Shown here: piece after piece, positions 62,186 through 64,000 of the stretch | Layout of the letters: each line of letters begins with the position of its first letter | Position numbering within the stretch: position 1 is the stretch's first letter | Assembly: GCA_002269645.1 (NCBI GenBank) | Contig: NIVC01002282.1 | Span: forward strand, 123,234-187,233 | DNA length: 64,000 nt | Source of the DNA: Macrostomum lignano | Lineage: Eukaryota | Direction of reading: 5' to 3' | The notes under the pieces: generated by a model | Database searches by the model: none | What the model was told of the DNA's origin: nothing | Seen by the model: the letters and a program-made list of their open reading frames with translations, nothing else | Made by a program: the position numbers and the translations under genes

Positions 62186-62397
62186 TTTTTCGTTGGAAAA
62201 TCAGTCGAAAGCTCTTAGTCATTCAAGAATAAAGAATAAAATAATTATTTAAATATCGTACTATATGCTTTACCGAGCTGCTTTGAGTTTGTAGATTGAA
62301 ATCATTCCCTAGCTTAAAACTAAAATAGATAAATACACATGATGCTGCTTGGCAGAATCTCAATATACGCAGTTTGACCCACAGACTATGCTTCAAG

Positions 62398-63462
62398 AAC
62401 AACAACAACAACAAGGTACTGCTCCCGCCGGCCACGCAGTAGCCAGAAAGGGGGAGCAGTCAGAAAGCGCGTCTCTGGGCCATTGCCCTCAGGAAGTCGC
62501 ATCCCCTGCTTGGTCCGGGCGCCAGCGTCACTCAGAAGTCAGTCAGGGTATCGCACCGTTCGCCCTTGGCCTCGCCTCCGCGGTCCCTGCAGCTTGAGCA
62601 GCAGCACGTCGTGTAGCGGCTCAGGACAGCGGGCCTCCGATCAGATGACATGGCCAGCCAGTCGAAGTCGCCGCCCGCGCAGCAGGTCAGAAGGCCGCGT
62701 CAGGCACGCCCTAGTGTAGAGCGCGGCATTGGTCTCGCTGCCTGGGCCGCTGCGCACTACGAAAGCCGCACGCAGCATTGCCGCATGCGCAGCGTCCAGC
62801 TGCCTCTCCAAGGCGTATGTCAGGGTCCAAGTCTCGGCGTTGTACAACAGGACAGTCTCGACGACTGTCTGAAACAGCCGAGCCTTGAGCCCGTCGTCCT
62901 GGGCCTCAGATTGGAGCACGGAGCGCACAGATCGAAATGCGGCCCAGGCCAGTCCTCGTCGTCTCTTCAGGTCGTCGGCAACGTCCGGCACGGAACCGCC
63001 GAGGTACACAAAGCGCTCGCAGCGGGTAAGCATAAATGCATTCCCGGCAGCGTCTCGGTAATTGATCTCGACCGGCAAGTCGGAGGGCACCGTGAACACC
63101 ACCGTCTTCCGCGCGTTCAGCTTAAGGCCGACCCGCGACGCTGCCGCCGTCAGGCCATCAAGCAGCCGCTGGCACCTTCAGCCGTCGATGAAAGTAGCGC
63201 GAGGTCGTCCGCGTAGCCGAGAACGGAGAGCCGCTTCTCCGGGTGCCGCCGACTCGTGCGTCTTCTCAAAAGGAAGCCGTCATCCAGGTTGGGCAGCCGG
63301 TTCTCAGCACCCAGTCCAGTGCCAGCACAAACGGAAAAGGCGCCAAAGTGTCACCCTGCAGCACGCCTGACGACGTGCTGAATTGGTCTGACAGTCCATC
63401 TGGCGTCATCACCGAAGCGGTCGTGTCCTGGTACATCGCCATGATGGCGGAAATCAGTTTCT
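62398..63462 (-). mobile_element. 5'-truncated RTE-clade LINE inserted in the Helitron
   Basis: LISAIMAMYQDT...GVLQGDTLAP...GYADDLAL...YLGG...VLLYNAETW...LAGHVI; (TTG)n 3' tail; same family as 23941-24575. Confidence 0.9.
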
Positions 63463-64000
63463 CCCTTCAATGCTCAAGGGAGCATTGATAAATACATTAC
63501 AGAGATAGGAAATAACAGATTTGTGGATATTATGGATATTTTCACCCATTTCTTAATTGAAATTAAACATTTAAACGCCACATAGACACTCCCCATAATA
63601 TTTCCGATCCATTGGCTCAAGTCAGGTGAAAATCAATCTAGCCGTTTTTCCTCTAGGCTGTCATTTACACACAGACACATTCATTTTAGTATATAGACAA
63701 ACAACACGTCAACTTTAGTATATACAGATTTTGATTTTTAGTATATTGGATTTACACACAGACACATTCATTTTTAGTATATAGATTATTGGCAATCAAT
63801 ACTAATTCGATAATACGAAACCGCTACATACGAGCGTAAGGGCGCGCATCTGTCATTATGCCTTTTAGGTGCATGCCTGAAAAGTATGATACTGAATCGT
63901 TATAATCTGGGTTCCTTAATTTGTACATAATCCACTTTGCCTGTTCCCCTTGTCTTTTGTGCTCGGTTTTTTATCGTCTCGCTTGAGCCTCAGCTCCAAA

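Larger units (their letters stand above)
58678..63785 (-). mobile_element. Helitron, internally deleted
   Basis: 5' end A|TCTATATACTAAAAATGAATGTGTCTG at 63785; candidate 3' end with hairpin CACCC-GGA-GGGTG 10 nt before CTAG|T at 58681-58678; RepHel fragments inside. Confidence 0.7.

Overview
Repeat-rich animal genomic DNA with spliceosomal introns and no prokaryotic features; the style suggests a free-living flatworm such as Macrostomum (inference). The left ~12.5 kb holds the host genes: the first exon of an unidentified Ala/Gln/Ser-rich protein (minus strand, 5240-4211) and a complete four-exon PRMT1 (minus strand, 12348-6943, 354 aa). PRMT1 introns carry an initiator tRNA-Met gene, a CORE-type tRNA-SINE and several minisatellites. 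The remaining ~51 kb is a stack of nested transposons that can be taken apart by their TIRs, LTRs and target-site duplications (TSDs). (1) A 298-bp MITE carries a 28S rRNA fragment spanning the R2/I-PpoI target site. (2) A P element contains a mariner, which contains an IS630/Tc1 element. (3) A Harbinger is split by an RTE fragment, a solo LTR holding a piggyBac, and a Gypsy that holds a second Gypsy, an LTR-like insert and a Crypton fragment. (4) There is a second IS630/Tc1 copy and a MULE. (5) A TTAA-flanked piggyBac has ~770-bp inverted arms, a passenger ORF and a Gypsy insertion. (6) An internally deleted Helitron carries an RTE insertion. All coordinates were read by eye and no database searches were run.
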